A DNA stretch of 64,000 nucleotides, filler included, from Circinaria calcarea (taxonomy: Eukaryota), in the NCBI GenBank assembly GCA_051942165.1. It is 16 parts of 16 records of this genome, joined end to end, with 100 filler letters (N's around TTAATTAATTAA, not from the genome) between each part and the next. Parts side by side here need not be neighbours in the genome. Positions count along the whole stretch, not along the records: positions 32,177 to 36,092 come from JAVECS010002558.1; positions 36,193 to 40,107 come from JAVECS010002559.1; positions 40,208 to 44,119 come from JAVECS010002560.1; positions 44,220 to 48,124 come from JAVECS010002561.1; positions 48,225 to 52,125 come from JAVECS010002562.1; 11 more parts are not named here. One strand, written 5' to 3'. Position numbers and translations under genes: made by a program. Within the stretch, counting starts at the first letter, position 1; each line of letters starts with the position of its first letter. Positions 35,164 to 48,225 of the stretch are shown here, one piece after another. Under the pieces are notes generated by a model. It saw only the letters and a program-made list of their open reading frames with translations, had not been told where the DNA came from and made no database searches.

Positions 35164-37375
35164 CGTTCTTGTCACTGCTCATTCTTTTTCTTTTCAAATG
35201 CGCCCTCAGATTAACGACATTCTTCACCAAGCAGGTACTAGATCTTCAGGCCCACCAGATGGCTAGGATCAGTTGCCTTGACCGTACCGAAGACGTATAA
35301 CCATCCGCATACAAAGCCAGTGGCATTCACCTTCCTTTGCACGATCATGACGACAAGTATGTGCCCAGCTTTATCGACCCAGGCAACTTATCCAACATCA
35401 TTATCTAATTGAGGAACCTCACTCATACACGCCGGACAGGGCGACTACTAAAACTGATTATTACTTCTCGTTAGCTATACCTTTTTTTGGTTACAATTAC
35501 AGAAGTCCTTTTACGTCCCTCCAGAGAGGTTCCACCTTTTTGCCTGTAGTTCAGCCTTGCCCAATCACTTGAGGTGTGTTCACTGCAGCTTAGACCTAAT
35601 GGTCTGTCCTTCAGCTACCTTATCTCAAACATCCACCAAAAGCTATAGAACTTCGCCAGCCGTTACGTTTTAAATAGTCAGTCGTCCCTTTCATCTATTT
35701 CGGTTATTCCCTTTCACACGTGTTTGGGAAGTAACCATCTTAGCATTGCACTGTAGTAACGGTTTTGCCTTGCTCATTGGACTTTGCGGTTCACGGCAAA
35801 ATTTACTACTTTTCGTAACTGTTCTTCGTCAACGCGCAAACTATCCAGTTGTCATGTGGCATTGATTGCATTAGCAAGACATTTGAGCACCGGGGGATCG
35901 ATGCTCCAAAAGCAATCGTTTTGCATACCATTATCATGAACACCATTAACGCTATCACCTCATCTACTTCATCAACCACTTCTAAAAGGTCCATGGCTCA
36001 GCGAGGTATAGGTAGCACGCTTAAGAACCACCCAGCCTTAGGTCTATTTCAGGTCGAGAATCCAGCAAACAGAAAGCGCCTTGCAATGGGAANNNNNNNN
36101 NNNNNNNNNNNNNNNNNNNNNNNNNNNNNNNNNNNNTTAATTAATTAANNNNNNNNNNNNNNNNNNNNNNNNNNNNNNNNNNNNNNNNNNNNGCATAGTG
36201 TAGTGTGAGATCATACCAATGTGAGTTTGGTAAAGTTTTGAGGAGTTTGAGCTAAATTGGGATGGGAGGGAGGGGGGGGAGGGGATCGGATGGGTGTATA
36301 TGTATGTGATTGAGATCGGAGGACTCGTTTGACAGCGTGGGGAGATTGAGAGATGTGGTAGTAGAGGGGTATTTTCGATATCCGGATGATTAGTCTTGGG
36401 ATGGTGGGATGTACCTTCCGTCTCGGTTTATGGTCTGCCCGGTCATAGATCCCAAGGCTCCTTGTAGGGAGTTTGCATGAGGCGGGATGAGGGAATCGCC
36501 TAGCCAGAGGATTGGGACCGAGTGTGTCGAGGCTTTGAAAGGGAAATAGGAGGTCAGCGTGGTGGTGCGGATCGCTTGGGTAATAGTCACCATCTGTAGC
36601 ATAACTTCGGCCTTTGTTAATTGTGCACGGGCCTATTTCTACTCAAGTTCTGAGTGATTAAAGCTATTAGAGCATCAACTACTCCGGCCTTCTATTGATT
36701 GGATGCTTCTGGGAGCGTAAGCTCCTTTAACCTCAGGTGCGTTTATTGCTTCTCAACCTCCTCTTAGGCTTTATCACCCCCGAAAATTGACATCTCACTC
36801 TTGATGAAGAATGATATGAAGATGCTTCAAAAGAATGAAATAGGAGATGAGGTCTCGGTAGCAATGCACCTCTGAGAGAAGAGAGTACGTGGTATCGAAG
36901 CACAGGGGTGAGAGGGATGTGAGCGATAGAGAAGGAGTCAGCGAGAAGTGAGAGTCTGTAGGCGAATATAATGGATGATGGGTTGAATGATACGGTATGG
37001 GGATTGGTGTACATGTGAAGGAGGAAGGGAGAAGGAGAAGGCTGTCTGTTATCGCATGAAGGGAGTAGGACTTGGGTCTTGTTTCTTTCAGTATTTGGTT
37101 ATTTAATACGCTTTGTTCTGTCTCCAGGCTTTTCGGAACCCGAGATCTTGTGCTCAGACAACTTCGAGCTCGATGCTCATCTGGACCAGCAAGGTGATGA
37201 TTTCTTTCCTTTCTGCCACGGAAAACCACGGTTCATCCACACGGGGCCTTGACAAGATCCGAAAAGAAAGTATTCATTCGTGGGACCAACTAACATCACC
37301 AAACCACCATGGAGGTTTCTATAAAGTTTGTAGTGAGCAAGACTTTCCATAGTCAAAGAAGCAGCCCCATAAACC

Positions 37376-37489
37376 ATTGCGCAAGCGGAACCGAACCGTT
37401 ATTGGTAGCGGATGGCCCGTGCTAACCTTGCAAACCTTGCAAACCTAGTAGCCAAGGAACGCACGGTTCGGTGCGCTTGAGTAACAGTA
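37376..37489. mobile_element. Degenerate ~110-bp MITE-like relic related to the 8486-8685 element
   Basis: Imperfect inverted arms TTGCGCAAGCGGAACCGAACCGT / ACGGTTCGGTGCGCTTGAGTAACAGTA; internal AACCTTGCA tandem repeat. Confidence 0.5.
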
Positions 37490-38699
37490 TTGGGTACGTA
37501 GGACAACTCGCACGACGACAATTTTCTGGTTTAACATCTTCAGCTAGTTACCGTGTGAGAAGAACAGTGACTAAAATCAGGTTCGATAACTGCCAGCAGT
37601 TCTAAAACTGACCCTTAGAGTAGGAAAGGTAGCCATTTAGTGCATTGGACACATACTGTAAAGGCATGGCGAAGTCGAATGAAAAGTCAACCGTACGGCC
37701 AACAGTGACAATGGCCTATCATTGTACCTTCTTCATGATTCACGTCTCGGTTTTCTCCGTCTCGCCTATTCCGTAGGAGGATTTGAGATCCAGCTCGAGG
37801 CGGAGCAGCAGCGACTGCTCGTTCAACCTCCACCACTTATTTGAGTATGCGGAATAAATGCGAATTCATGGTCTGCTCGATAGTGTGCTGGTGTGCTTAC
37901 ACCGATTGCTATTCTTGGGCCGAATAAGGTATTATCCTTGGATGTGCGCCGAGTCTCACGCTTCGTGACACCTCGTGAGATAACTGCCGCTCCTCTTCGT
38001 CTGAGCTGCTCCGAGGATGAGCTTAGGATGTACGAGTACGAACATGAACTGCTCGACCAACTAAGCCAACGAAGGAAGAAGCCCGACGGACTACATGTCC
38101 GTGCAATTCCTTCATCACATCCATTTCAGTTTCTCCCGTGACAGTGCAGGTTCTGCATTTCTATTGCTCGAAGGGTTTTGTTCCTGTAGTGATAAGGCAA
38201 CTGCAGAAAAGAAGTTTCACATACTTGCAATGTTGGGAGAAAAGAGCTTATAATTGGTGCCTATCTTACCGCGCCTCAAGAGCTTCGGGGTAGAGATCTC
38301 CGCCATCCTGCAATGGGGTGTCAGAAGAAAGAGCGAGACTGAAAGGGACTAACGAGCAGCACAGCACGAGAATGCACAATGCACGATATAAGAGAAGCAG
38401 GATTCCTCACTTTCCAAATCACATCTGTGGAATCGCAATCTTACATGCAAAATGTCTGCACAGCTAGTTGAGGATCCGAAGAGTAATGGAGTATAGCGAT
38501 TTCTTGGGAACATACTGGTCATCCAGTTCTTTCGGGCCATTTTCCAGTGTGCAACGTCTTCAGTGACACGTTCAACGTACCTGTCCCCTTGGGGCGACGA
38601 CAATTTTGTCACCCTCCCTTATGTTCGCATACGAGACGCGGCCCTCGCTGGAGGCGCGTTTTTCGGGGCTGCTAAGTTAGAATCCTTTGCTCTCAGCAC

Positions 38700-39611
38700 T
38701 CTCGAAATCACCTACGCTACGGTATAGCTAGTGGTTGAGCTTGCTGGTAAATAAGTGGTTGAGCAAGTCGCCGATGATGGTTTTGACAAAGTCAAACCGA
38801 AGAAGCATTTGAATGTAGGCACAGTGGCCAGTATCAAGAATATCAAGTTCTTTAGGATTCGGATCAAGCGTAAGCTTATGGGAAAAGATGCAGAGATTCA
38901 TTTGGTCGGGAATATCTAGTACGACACCAGCTCGCCTATGATAAGGGTTGGTTCTGTCCCTACTTGTATGCTAGTGGCCGCAAGCCAGCTATACTGCGAG
39001 CGAAAGATTTTGCAATTGCAACATTCACGTCGCCAGGTCTTCAAGGTAGGAAGCGATCCCGATTCCGTTATTACAGTTTTACTAAAATCAGGGTTATAGC
39101 CGATGCCGATATCGCCTCAAATCTGTTGTCCGTCATAGCTCAGGATACTGGATACTTCGGTCGTCGAGCTCTGCGACTCAAATCCATCCCGCAAAATAGG
39201 CTACCAACGTCTCCTTGTCCTCGTTCTTGGCTTGTCCCCTTGGCGCATCCACGCATGGTCCCAGCCCGAAACCCAAACGAAGCCAAGTTTAGATTCCATC
39301 TCATCAACGGTATCCCAGCGCTGGTGCTCCCGGACATCGCACAAGCACTTGTCTGTGCGTGGTCTCCATGGACCTTGCAGCAAATGCATGGGACCACCGA
39401 GTATAACGCTGGGAACCAGTGTGATGAACTCTTCAACTATCTCCAGACGATTATCAGTGTCGGTGATATTATGGAATCTATGAGAAATGGTTACCAGGAT
39501 GAGCTACGTAAAGGTTTATGAGATATCGTTCAAAGTACGCAGAGTACGAAATCGGTTGTTAACGATTTGATGGATTTGAAGCGAGCGGGGATTGTCGTGT
39601 TCAAGTACTAG
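38700..39611 (+). pseudogene. Degenerate copy of a conserved fungal hypothetical protein (GWFCPYL / CAWSPWTL family)
   Basis: GWFCPYLYASGRKP...KDFAIA...FHLINGIPALVLP...VCAWSPWTLQQM...LQTIISV; TGA at 39519-21 interrupts a frame continuing to ..RAGIVVFKY*; further stops upstream; 5' boundary approximate. Confidence 0.55.
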
Positions 39612-40006
39612 CAGGTAAAGCTAGGGTAAGCAGCAAACGTTCGCATAAAACACCCGTATAATATGGTGCAGCCATTCATTCAAAGACAAGGGACGAACAG
39701 TCGAGTGCGCAATCCCATGCCAAGCTAGTCATGGCTTACTATCATGACTCAAGGTGACAGGTATCTGAAAATGGTAGGTTAATATATATCCGCGGATCAA
39801 CAATGAACGTTTGAAAACGACCCGCTGCAAAACAGCATTAAGCGTACCAGATAAAGCTGTTGCAATGAGAAACGTATTAAAATATATCCCAGCGCATAAG
39901 ATTAGGTAGTATATTAATCTCTTGCTTTCTTATCTTTCTCTCGTCGTCTTTCGATCAATAAGACTTGAATATATCTTCCTGCTTCGTTTCTTTTTCAACA
40001 TAAACA

Positions 40007-40107
40007 ATGATGAAGGCCACCCTCCTTATTGCATTCCTCCTCTTCGCAATCCTCTCCCTCGTTCTCGCAGCCCCTACAGCCCTCTCCCTCCCCGCTCCCT
40101 CCTTTCC
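40007..40107 (+). CDS. N-terminus (signal peptide) of a secreted protein, cut by contig end
   Basis: ACAATG start context; MMKATLLIAFLLFAILSLVLA|APTALSLPAPSF. Confidence 0.6.
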
Positions 40108-40214
40108 NNNNNNNNNNNNNNNNNNNNNNNNNNNNNNNNNNNNNNNNNNNNTTAATTAATTAANNNNNNNNNNNNNNNNNNNNNNNNNNNNNNNNNNNNN
40201 NNNNNNNTGTGTAG

Positions 40215-41358
40215 AGATGCATTCGAGACTTCTTGAAAGTCCGCACTAGCTACGATGTGTTGCCCTTAAGCTTTCGCTTGATCGTCTTTGACACCTCGCT
40301 GCTGGTCAAGAAGAGCCTCATGACCTTGATCCAGAATGGTGAGCCCCATTCTCCTTATGGTTTCCCGGTGGACTTATGCAGGTGTCATTAGGCATCGTAT
40401 CAGCTCCCTTATGGGACTCGAAAACATCGACTTTCGCTGGTCTCCTCACCACCTCTGACTACATCAACGTTATCCAGTACTATTGGCAGAACCCGGAAGC
40501 GATGAGCCGAATAGACCAATTCCGCTTGGACAGCCTACGCGGTAGGTACCTCGGACTAATCCAGGAGACAGGATGCTTACTCAGTCACGACAGATATCGA
40601 GAAGGCTATCGGTGTAGCGCCTCTTGAAACAGTCTCCATTCACCCCCTGCGACCGTTGTACGAAGCATGCCGTCGTATGCTAGAGTCCCGTGCTCGCCGT
40701 ATACCATTGGTAGATATTGACGATGAAACCAAGCGCGCCATGGTCGTCAGCGTTGTCACGCAGTACCGCATCCTCAAGTTCGTTGCAGTCAATGTTACAG
40801 AGACTCAGTTTCTTCGTAAGCCTCTCAAGCATCTTAACCTTGGGACTTATAAGAACCTCGAGATCGCACGAATGGAAACGCCAGTGATTGAGGTTATCCA
40901 TCAATTGGTCCAGCACAACATCTCAAGCGTACCCATCTTGAACAGTGACGGTAAAGTAGCTCATTATTTTATTTAGACTGATCACAGCTAATCAAAGTAG
41001 GTGTGGTGGTCAATGTCTTCGAAGCAGTCGATGTCATCACCCTTATTAAAGGTGGCACCTACGAAGGCTTGAACCTCAATGTTGGCGAAGCGTTGCAGAA
41101 ACGCTCCGAGGTAGGACAGCACAAATTTAGAGGACGTATACAGACGTATATTGACATCTATTGCAGGACTTCCCTGGAATATACACCTGTTCGATTGATG
41201 ATCGCCTGGATACCCTCTTTGATACTATTCGGAAATCTCGTGTTCATCGGTTCGTTGTGATCGATGAACAAAATCGGCTTGTTGGCATGATATCCCTAAG
41301 CGACATTCTAGAATACATACTTCTAGAAGGTGAAGGGGATGATAGTAGACTGGAGTAG
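40215..41358 (+). CDS. SNF4: AMPK/Snf1 gamma regulatory subunit (4 CBS domains), 5' truncated, multi-exon
   Basis: [95 protein letters not shown]. Confidence 0.96.
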
Positions 41359-41739
41359 ATTATGTTCTCCTACTATGTCTGTGCATTTCTGTGGTGTTAT
41401 ATATCCAATCCATTCGAGCTCTGCAATACCTCGAGGATAGCGTACTAAGGAAAATCAGGATATTGATAAAAAGGCTATTGGGGCATTCGAATCATGGTTT
41501 GTTAGATGTTTCGTAAGGAAAAAAACACATGAAAACCTTTTCCTTATAGGTCTACGGGTATTGGTGGTAGTTACTTTTATTTTTCGGGTAAAGGGGTTAG
41601 GTAGAGATGGTTATGTCTGCACCACGGGCAGGAACGTTCAAGCTACGTTCATTATATCATTAAGTAGGTACACAATCCGCAGCCTGCACGCAGTCCAATA
41701 CATGCATCAAAGTAATACAGCATCACTATCAGCATCGCT

Positions 41740-43245
41740 ATGCGGACCTCAAAGAGCTTCGCTTCCTTTGGTCGTTCAGCGGTCAGTGCTGAGTCCGACT
41801 CATCAGGCCACCTCCGTCGCAGATCGTCTCTAGACAAGTTCGTGATACCTGGAAGAACTCGACTTCCATCAGCCAGAGTACCTGTGCCAACTCTGTTGGA
41901 TCTCCAGCTCACCCAATGTCTTCTCAGCTCTAAATCCTCTCAGACATTGCGGCCTCGTTCTAGCAATCGCGAAGAGGAATCTACCACGATTGCACGTCGT
42001 CAAGAGAGTTCCGAATCTACACTTCTCGACTACGAAGACTCCGTTACTGGTTCGCAACAGAGTTTATATTATGAGAAGATGGCGCCTTTCGAAACGCTAC
42101 GAGCCTGCGACTACAGCCACAGTGAATTCCTGGAGACCCCTTCCAAGTTTCGATTCTATTCCGTCCCGACACACATAGCGGAGTTCAATTGTCAGGCTAC
42201 TGCCTCTGGAGTGCTTGCATATGGAGAAGTGGTCAAGTCGAAGGTTAAAGGTATGGAGCCTGTCTCCTTTCAAAGTGTGAAGAAGTCGGTTAATGGAATC
42301 TTTAGAGGCTGCCAGGGAGCAATACAATGCCGATAACCTCCGCCATAGGCTATCCACGCGTAGTCTAAAGACCAAGTTCCATGGAAAATCCAATGTTTCC
42401 AGCATACCCAGCATACCCGTTGAGCCATCGGCCCAGACCGTGAAGGAGATGTGCCGCCTTGGAGGTATTCGTGTTCTTACTCTTGCTGAAGACTTGGCAT
42501 TCGACTCCCTTGCTCTCCCAGAATGTATTCAGTCGACAGCAAAGTACATATATCAGCATGGTTTGTTGTATGGCAGATTTTAATAACAAAGGCTAATAAT
42601 CCTGAGAAAGGTCAAAATACCCCAAGGATCTTTGAACTACCCGGCCGACTCAGAACGGCGAACATCATCTACAATCGTTTTGTAAAACCATTCAAAATGG
42701 AGGACAAATCAGGGAATGATGAGGCGACAGTCGGATCGAATCTCTTGCCGACCGATATTGATTACACAGTTCATGAGATAGCTACCGTATTCATGAGGCT
42801 AATTCGCCGTTTGCCCGGTGGCTTACTCGGTCTACCCCTACTCGAGACTTTCGACGACATTATTGCTAAGATGGATATGCGCGCGGACCCAGATGGTGCG
42901 CACCGGTTCAAACCTCGAAAGGCGGCAGTGCTCATAGCGCTTGCGACAATGTGCGAGCCGTCTCTGGAACGTATTGCTCTCATTTGGGCCGTACTAGGTC
43001 TTGCGGCAGCAGTGGGTAATGCGACCGAGGAAGCAATGATCAGAGGGAGTACTGCTAAGCTTACTGACTACAAGGCACTGGGCTACATCTTTGGGCCGCT
43101 GTTCCTGGGAGAGGCGTACGAGGCCTCCATTCAGGACCTGGGAGAAGCCATCAGGCAAAGAGAGCGGGCTAGTCATGTTGCGCGGGTCCTCATATCTAAC
43201 TGGCGGGAAATCGTGAACGCTCACCGCGGTGCGTTCCGCTGGTAA
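41740..43245 (+). CDS. RhoGAP-fold-like protein, divergent
   Basis: Introns 42251-42305 and 42561-42610 join three ORFs; LALPECIQSTAKYIYQHG|QNTPRIFELPG...VHEIATVFMRLIRRLPGGLLG...KALGYIFGPLFLG follows the RhoGAP pattern; start uncertain. Confidence 0.7.
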
Positions 43246-44219
43246 GGCTCCGTTACTCGCATTCTAGACGGATTGCGCCTTCTGAAAGCTTGCTTCATCG
43301 CGGCCAGACAATGTACTTTTAAATTCACGAATGTATGACACTTCAGAGGATGTTTATATGAGGTCCATATATTTGTAGTGATATCTCTGCTCTGTCGACT
43401 TGGGTCTACAAGACCAGGTGATGATAGTGGTCCTGAGACCGCAGTGCTATTGAGTCCTCCGGTTTAGTAAGGGAGCTTTACGTCCTAGATGAAAGTACAG
43501 GTCAGGAGATGACAGGAACTACTGTCGTCATTCTACACAGGCGTCCTGACGACTTGCCCATATCAGCAACATACATAACAGGATAAGAAACCCAACATTG
43601 CAAAGAGTTAAATACTCGGATTCATCATGGCCGTCTGCGGACACCCTGTACCTACCTATGAACATTTTAGGCTCAACAGTAGTTCCCAGATTTCAATGAC
43701 AGGGTTCTACATTGGAACATATATTATACTAAGATATAGGCGATTCCTTCGAGTTCATACGACAGTTTAATCTTCCAAGCTACACCGGCCAAAGATACTT
43801 CACCTCTCCGGCCTCTGTAAAGGCTGGAGTCCGTTCTCGATCCACTTGCATTCCGACAACGGCCAAATTCTCGCTATCACTTTTCCCTTGACCAAAGCTA
43901 ATGGCAAGGGGCCATAGTCCCGCGAATCTCTCGACTCGGGAATATTATCTCCAGCAAGCCAGCAGTGTCCTTCGGGTATCTACATCTCGGCATAAGCTTC
44001 ACGGCGCGCTCTACTACGTATAATTCAAATAAACCGAAACCGACCTGTATCATCATTCCCTCCCCTCGCCCCGGCGTATCCCTCAGCACAAAATCCCCCG
44101 GCATCCCCAGCACCCGTTTNNNNNNNNNNNNNNNNNNNNNNNNNNNNNNNNNNNNNNNNNNNNTTAATTAATTAANNNNNNNNNNNNNNNNNNNNNNNNN
44201 NNNNNNNNNNNNNNNNNNN

Positions 44220-45621
44220 GCCTTTGGTCTCAGTGCGTGTTTATTCTCAACAGTGTCGAGAGCAGCATTTCCCGCCAACGCCTCGCATTTCTTGCTCATG
44301 CTCGCACTGGGAACTTTCTCGATGGCCTTCTTAGGCTGTTTCTTCCTACGTATTGTTCGGGACTCTCTTGACTACTTGCCATTATCGTCAGAGAATGAAC
44401 AACCCTCTCAGTTGTACCGCAGGAAATCTGGGGACAGTAAATATGATGCTGGGCGCATGTCCTTAGAACCAGGTATGCAACTTGACACCCCCAAGGACTG
44501 TAGCTTCGCGCGCAACGAGGCGTCAAAGAACTGTACGGCGCGTGTTGCGGCACCTGAGGTCCCTAACGACGGCACAGATGAAACTTCGTCGTTGATGTCC
44601 AATGCATCCACATCGGTCTCTTATGCCCACGAAGAGGACAACGATAAGGCTGACCCACCTCGTCACAATCCTCACACTTTAGATATTGGAGGATCGTCAT
44701 TACTACGTAAAGTTGAATTTTGGCAATTGTTTTCCATGTTGGGACTAATGACTGGTATTGGGCTGATGACTGTCAAGTAAGTTAACTTATCCATGATGTA
44801 AACTTTGAAGCTTTGCTGACCACTTACATAGTAATATCGGGAACGATGTGAGCATCTTACAGTTTATTCTGTGCATAGTGCTAATAGCGTGTCAGGCACA
44901 AGCATTGTGGAGTCATCATGATGGAAACGTGACTCCTGAATTTATCCAACAACGTCAATTGATGCATGTGTCGGTTATATCTGTCTGCAGCTTTGCTGGA
45001 AGACTTCTCAGTGGTATGTTTGGGTCACAAACTCTATAGTCACCCTACTCCTAACGGAACCCCCAAGGCATCGGATCAGATATCATTGTCAAGAAATTGC
45101 ACATGAGCCGCTTTTGGTGCCTTCTTGTTTCCAGTGGTATTTTCTGCGTGGCTCAAGTCTGCGGGGCGCGCATCGAAAATCCTGATCTCCTTGTCTGTGT
45201 ATCAGGAACCACCGGTCGTAAGTTACTTTTACTTCGAGTCTGGACTAACCCTACCCAGTTCTCACGCTAACTCCACACGATAGTGGCATATGGCTTCCTC
45301 TTCGGTGTGTATCCTTCTCTTGTTGCTGAAGCCTTCGGTGTCCATCGACTTTCCCAAAACTGGGGTTCCATGACCCTTGCTCCCGTTTTTGCAGGTTTTA
45401 TCTTCAATCACATTTACGGGGCGGTCTATGATGCACACTCCACGGTTACCCCAGAAGGCCACAGCAACTGTGCGGACGGTCTCCGCTGCTACAGTACCGC
45501 CTACTGGATTACGTTTGGAGCAGGCTTGGTCGGGGTGGCTGTGAGTATCTGGAGCATCAGGCATGACTCCGTCATCAAGTCCGCCCGACGGAAACAGGAA
45601 AGGGAATACGGCCGAGCCTAG
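44220..45621 (+). CDS. MFS transporter, MCH1/nodulin-like family; 5' truncated, multi-exon
   Basis: AFGLSA..FS; FWQLFSMLGLMTGIGLMTV|NNIGND; HVSVISVCSFAGRLLSG|IGSD; AYGFLFGVYPSLVAEAFG...SQNWG. Confidence 0.88.
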
Positions 45622-47022
45622 CGTTAAGCGGTCGGCAAAGTGGTTGGTATCCAGCGGTAGAGTTGGAGTCGCTGGCGATGTGATGAAGTCACGACGATTA
45701 ATTTAGCTTTGCGTATAGATTTTCTGGCTTTTTCTTGCCGAATCTTTGGCGGATTTAATATTACCAACAACAGAGCCTGTCGAGCGGACGTGTAGATTCG
45801 TCCGCTTCGTATTAAATGAGACTGATACCCTAGCAGAGCCAAGCAAAGTAAAGCCATGGCTGTTATATCATGGAGAATACTTTGTTCTTCATCTACGCCT
45901 TTGCATTGATTAACCAACAGACTTGCAAGTCACTACACGTTTCTGTTCTATTACAAACTAATACCCGCTTGCAGGAACCAACTAGGGAAAAAAAAGCGAC
46001 TTATCCCTGGAACATGTTGGGTTCCCAGGTTCGAACTCTTTTTTGCATAGATGATTTATAGTTTCGCTGGGTTCTCGCACCTCATGATCAACCTAGCATG
46101 TCTTGGTCCTCCGGTTTCCCTGTTCTCTGGGACTTTTCTCCACAACCTCTTCAATTCACTTTAACGAGGATGGATACCTTGCCCTCATATCGTTTTCATT
46201 TCCCATTTTCCTTTCCCCTTCCACTGGCCCCCTTCGCACCATCTCCTCCCAACACCCCTTTCTCACCCAGACAAAACCCCTCTCAAACGGTCTGCACATA
46301 TCTCGTTTCCTGCACAAACTGGAGGTTGTAAAGCAGCGGGATGAAGGTAAACACGATGATGAATGGGAACACGAACCAGGAGGAAGGGTGGCGGTGAATG
46401 AGATAGGTAAGGAGGAGTAGGAGGAAGGCGATGAGGAAGAAGAGAAGGAGGAGGAGGAGGAAGAGGGAAAAGGAGAAGAGGGGGGTGCTGGGTTGTGGAC
46501 GGGATCTAGATCGGGGGGCGAGAGTGGCGGTTGCGGCGGTGAGAGTTGCGGGATTGGGAGTTGAGAGGCCGATGTGGATGTGGATGTTGATGTGGGATGG
46601 TGACTCGAGGCGTAGCTGGGATTTGAGGCATTTTGGGGGGAATTTTTGGTTGGGGTGTGGGGGGTTCGCTGGGAAGTTTGGTGTCGGGTTTAGAGGTGTG
46701 CTCATGGGGGAGTAGGCTTGCGTTAAAGTGCCAGCTCTGGAAATTTGACTCATTACGCTCGAGGAGAGTCATGTCCCTTCGCTATATTCCGGGAGATCCG
46801 GTTGCATACCGATGATCCTGCACTGAATTGTGCGACCACTTCTGAGGCATGGTGGATTTGAAAAATCACATTCGAGAGATGATATTGACCAGTATTCGAG
46901 ATCGAATAGAGAACAGCTAGACCATTTTTTTACCCGTGCTCGTAGAAACAATATGTTCAAAGACTCACAGCGGTCTAAGGTTGGGAAAAGTAGATTGCCA
47001 TGTACCCATCTTGTGACGAGGC

Positions 47023-48124
47023 TTAGTCTAAGACCTCTAGCATTTCTTTTACGCTTGTAAATTTCTCCCTCTCCTTTCCTCTTCGTGCACCTCGTTCTTT
47101 CTCGGCGGAATCAATCTTTTGCCAATCACTCCAGCTAACTCTTCGTATGCCCTTGGCTTCCACTTGTCCTTTTAAGGCCGTCCAGCCTCTCTTCTCTATA
47201 TTGAAATCGTCTTTCGAATTCAGGAACGGAACTTGATGCTCCCAGTCATAAGCGATGGCTTCTGCCGTGGCGAAGGCATCTTCCATCGTTGTTGCTATCA
47301 CTCCGGTTGGGCCTCTCTTTACCCAACCGGTACAGTACATACCAGGGATATGAATGGCCATCAATCCGTCAGGATCCAATGAATTCGAGATGATACGACC
47401 GTAAGGGTCATTGGGTATGGTGCCGGATTTTTCATCAAACGCTATCCCATTGTCCTGCATACCCGGGATAGCCTGGGACTTATAGCCAATACTGCGGAAA
47501 GCTAAAGAAGCGGGTAGTATTATATTTTCATCTGTCATAGAAACCTTTGCCGCTGGATCTGAGGGGTTCGATCCTTGTAGAGCATTCTTTGCGCAGGTGA
47601 CAGACGAGAGTTGAGCGGATACATCGTTAGGGCAGTTGAAAGAGGTTGGCGATAGGAAAAATTTAAGAGACCAGGACTTCTTTGCTTCAGTCATAGATGT
47701 CAAGGAACCCTTTGACAACAACTGCATCAAACGCTTTTGAGCCCTCGGAAGTTTTGCCAGCTCAGGTGGTAGTAACCGTCTATCAATAGATTCGAAGCCA
47801 ACGTTTGGAAGAGTCATGAGCTCTCTTACTTCCTTGATGGTGAAGGAAGCCTGCAAGGGACCTCTTCTTCCTATGACTCTCACACGCTTGACCTTGCTTT
47901 TCGACAGTGCGGCAAGTGCTTGCTCGGTAATGTCTGTAGATTTTAGTCTGCCCACACCGCTCAGCAGAGTCCGTGCAACGTCCAAAGCCACGTTTCCTTG
48001 GCCAATAACGACTGCCTCCTCGCCCGTAGAAAGGTCGGGAGCCAAGTCGGAGTATTCTGGCAGTCCATTATACCAGCCCACGAACGCACGAGCCGAATAG
48101 ATACCCTTTAGGTTCTCTTCTCCA
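47023..48124 (-). CDS. ARH1: NADPH:adrenodoxin (ferredoxin) oxidoreductase, mitochondrial; 5' truncated
   Basis: GIYSARAFVGWYNGLP, VVIGQGNVALDVAR, TDI, GRRGPLQASFTIKEVRE, RSIGYKS, GWVKRGPTGVI, GKEREK. Confidence 0.95.
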
Positions 48125-48225
48125 NNNNNNNNNNNNNNNNNNNNNNNNNNNNNNNNNNNNNNNNNNNNTTAATTAATTAANNNNNNNNNNNNNNNNNNNN
48201 NNNNNNNNNNNNNNNNNNNNNNNNC

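Noticed and set aside
36390..37229. RPC17-like fragments (LETEQSVLNN, QLTKAEVML) on the minus strand
   Set aside because: Very short resemblances with no consistent spliced frame; not supportable without a search
42240..42340. Apparent frameshift between ORFs 41740-42336 and 42293-42583
   Set aside because: Explained by a GT-AG intron at 42251-42305
46098..46815. Overlapping ORFs with poly-Leu, poly-Arg or Pro-rich translations
   Set aside because: Products of GGA/GA-rich low-complexity DNA; no coherent gene model
3370..48124. COX15 plus ARH1 (and the ferric reductase) as a heme A/iron gene cluster
   Set aside because: They lie on different contigs joined only by size sorting
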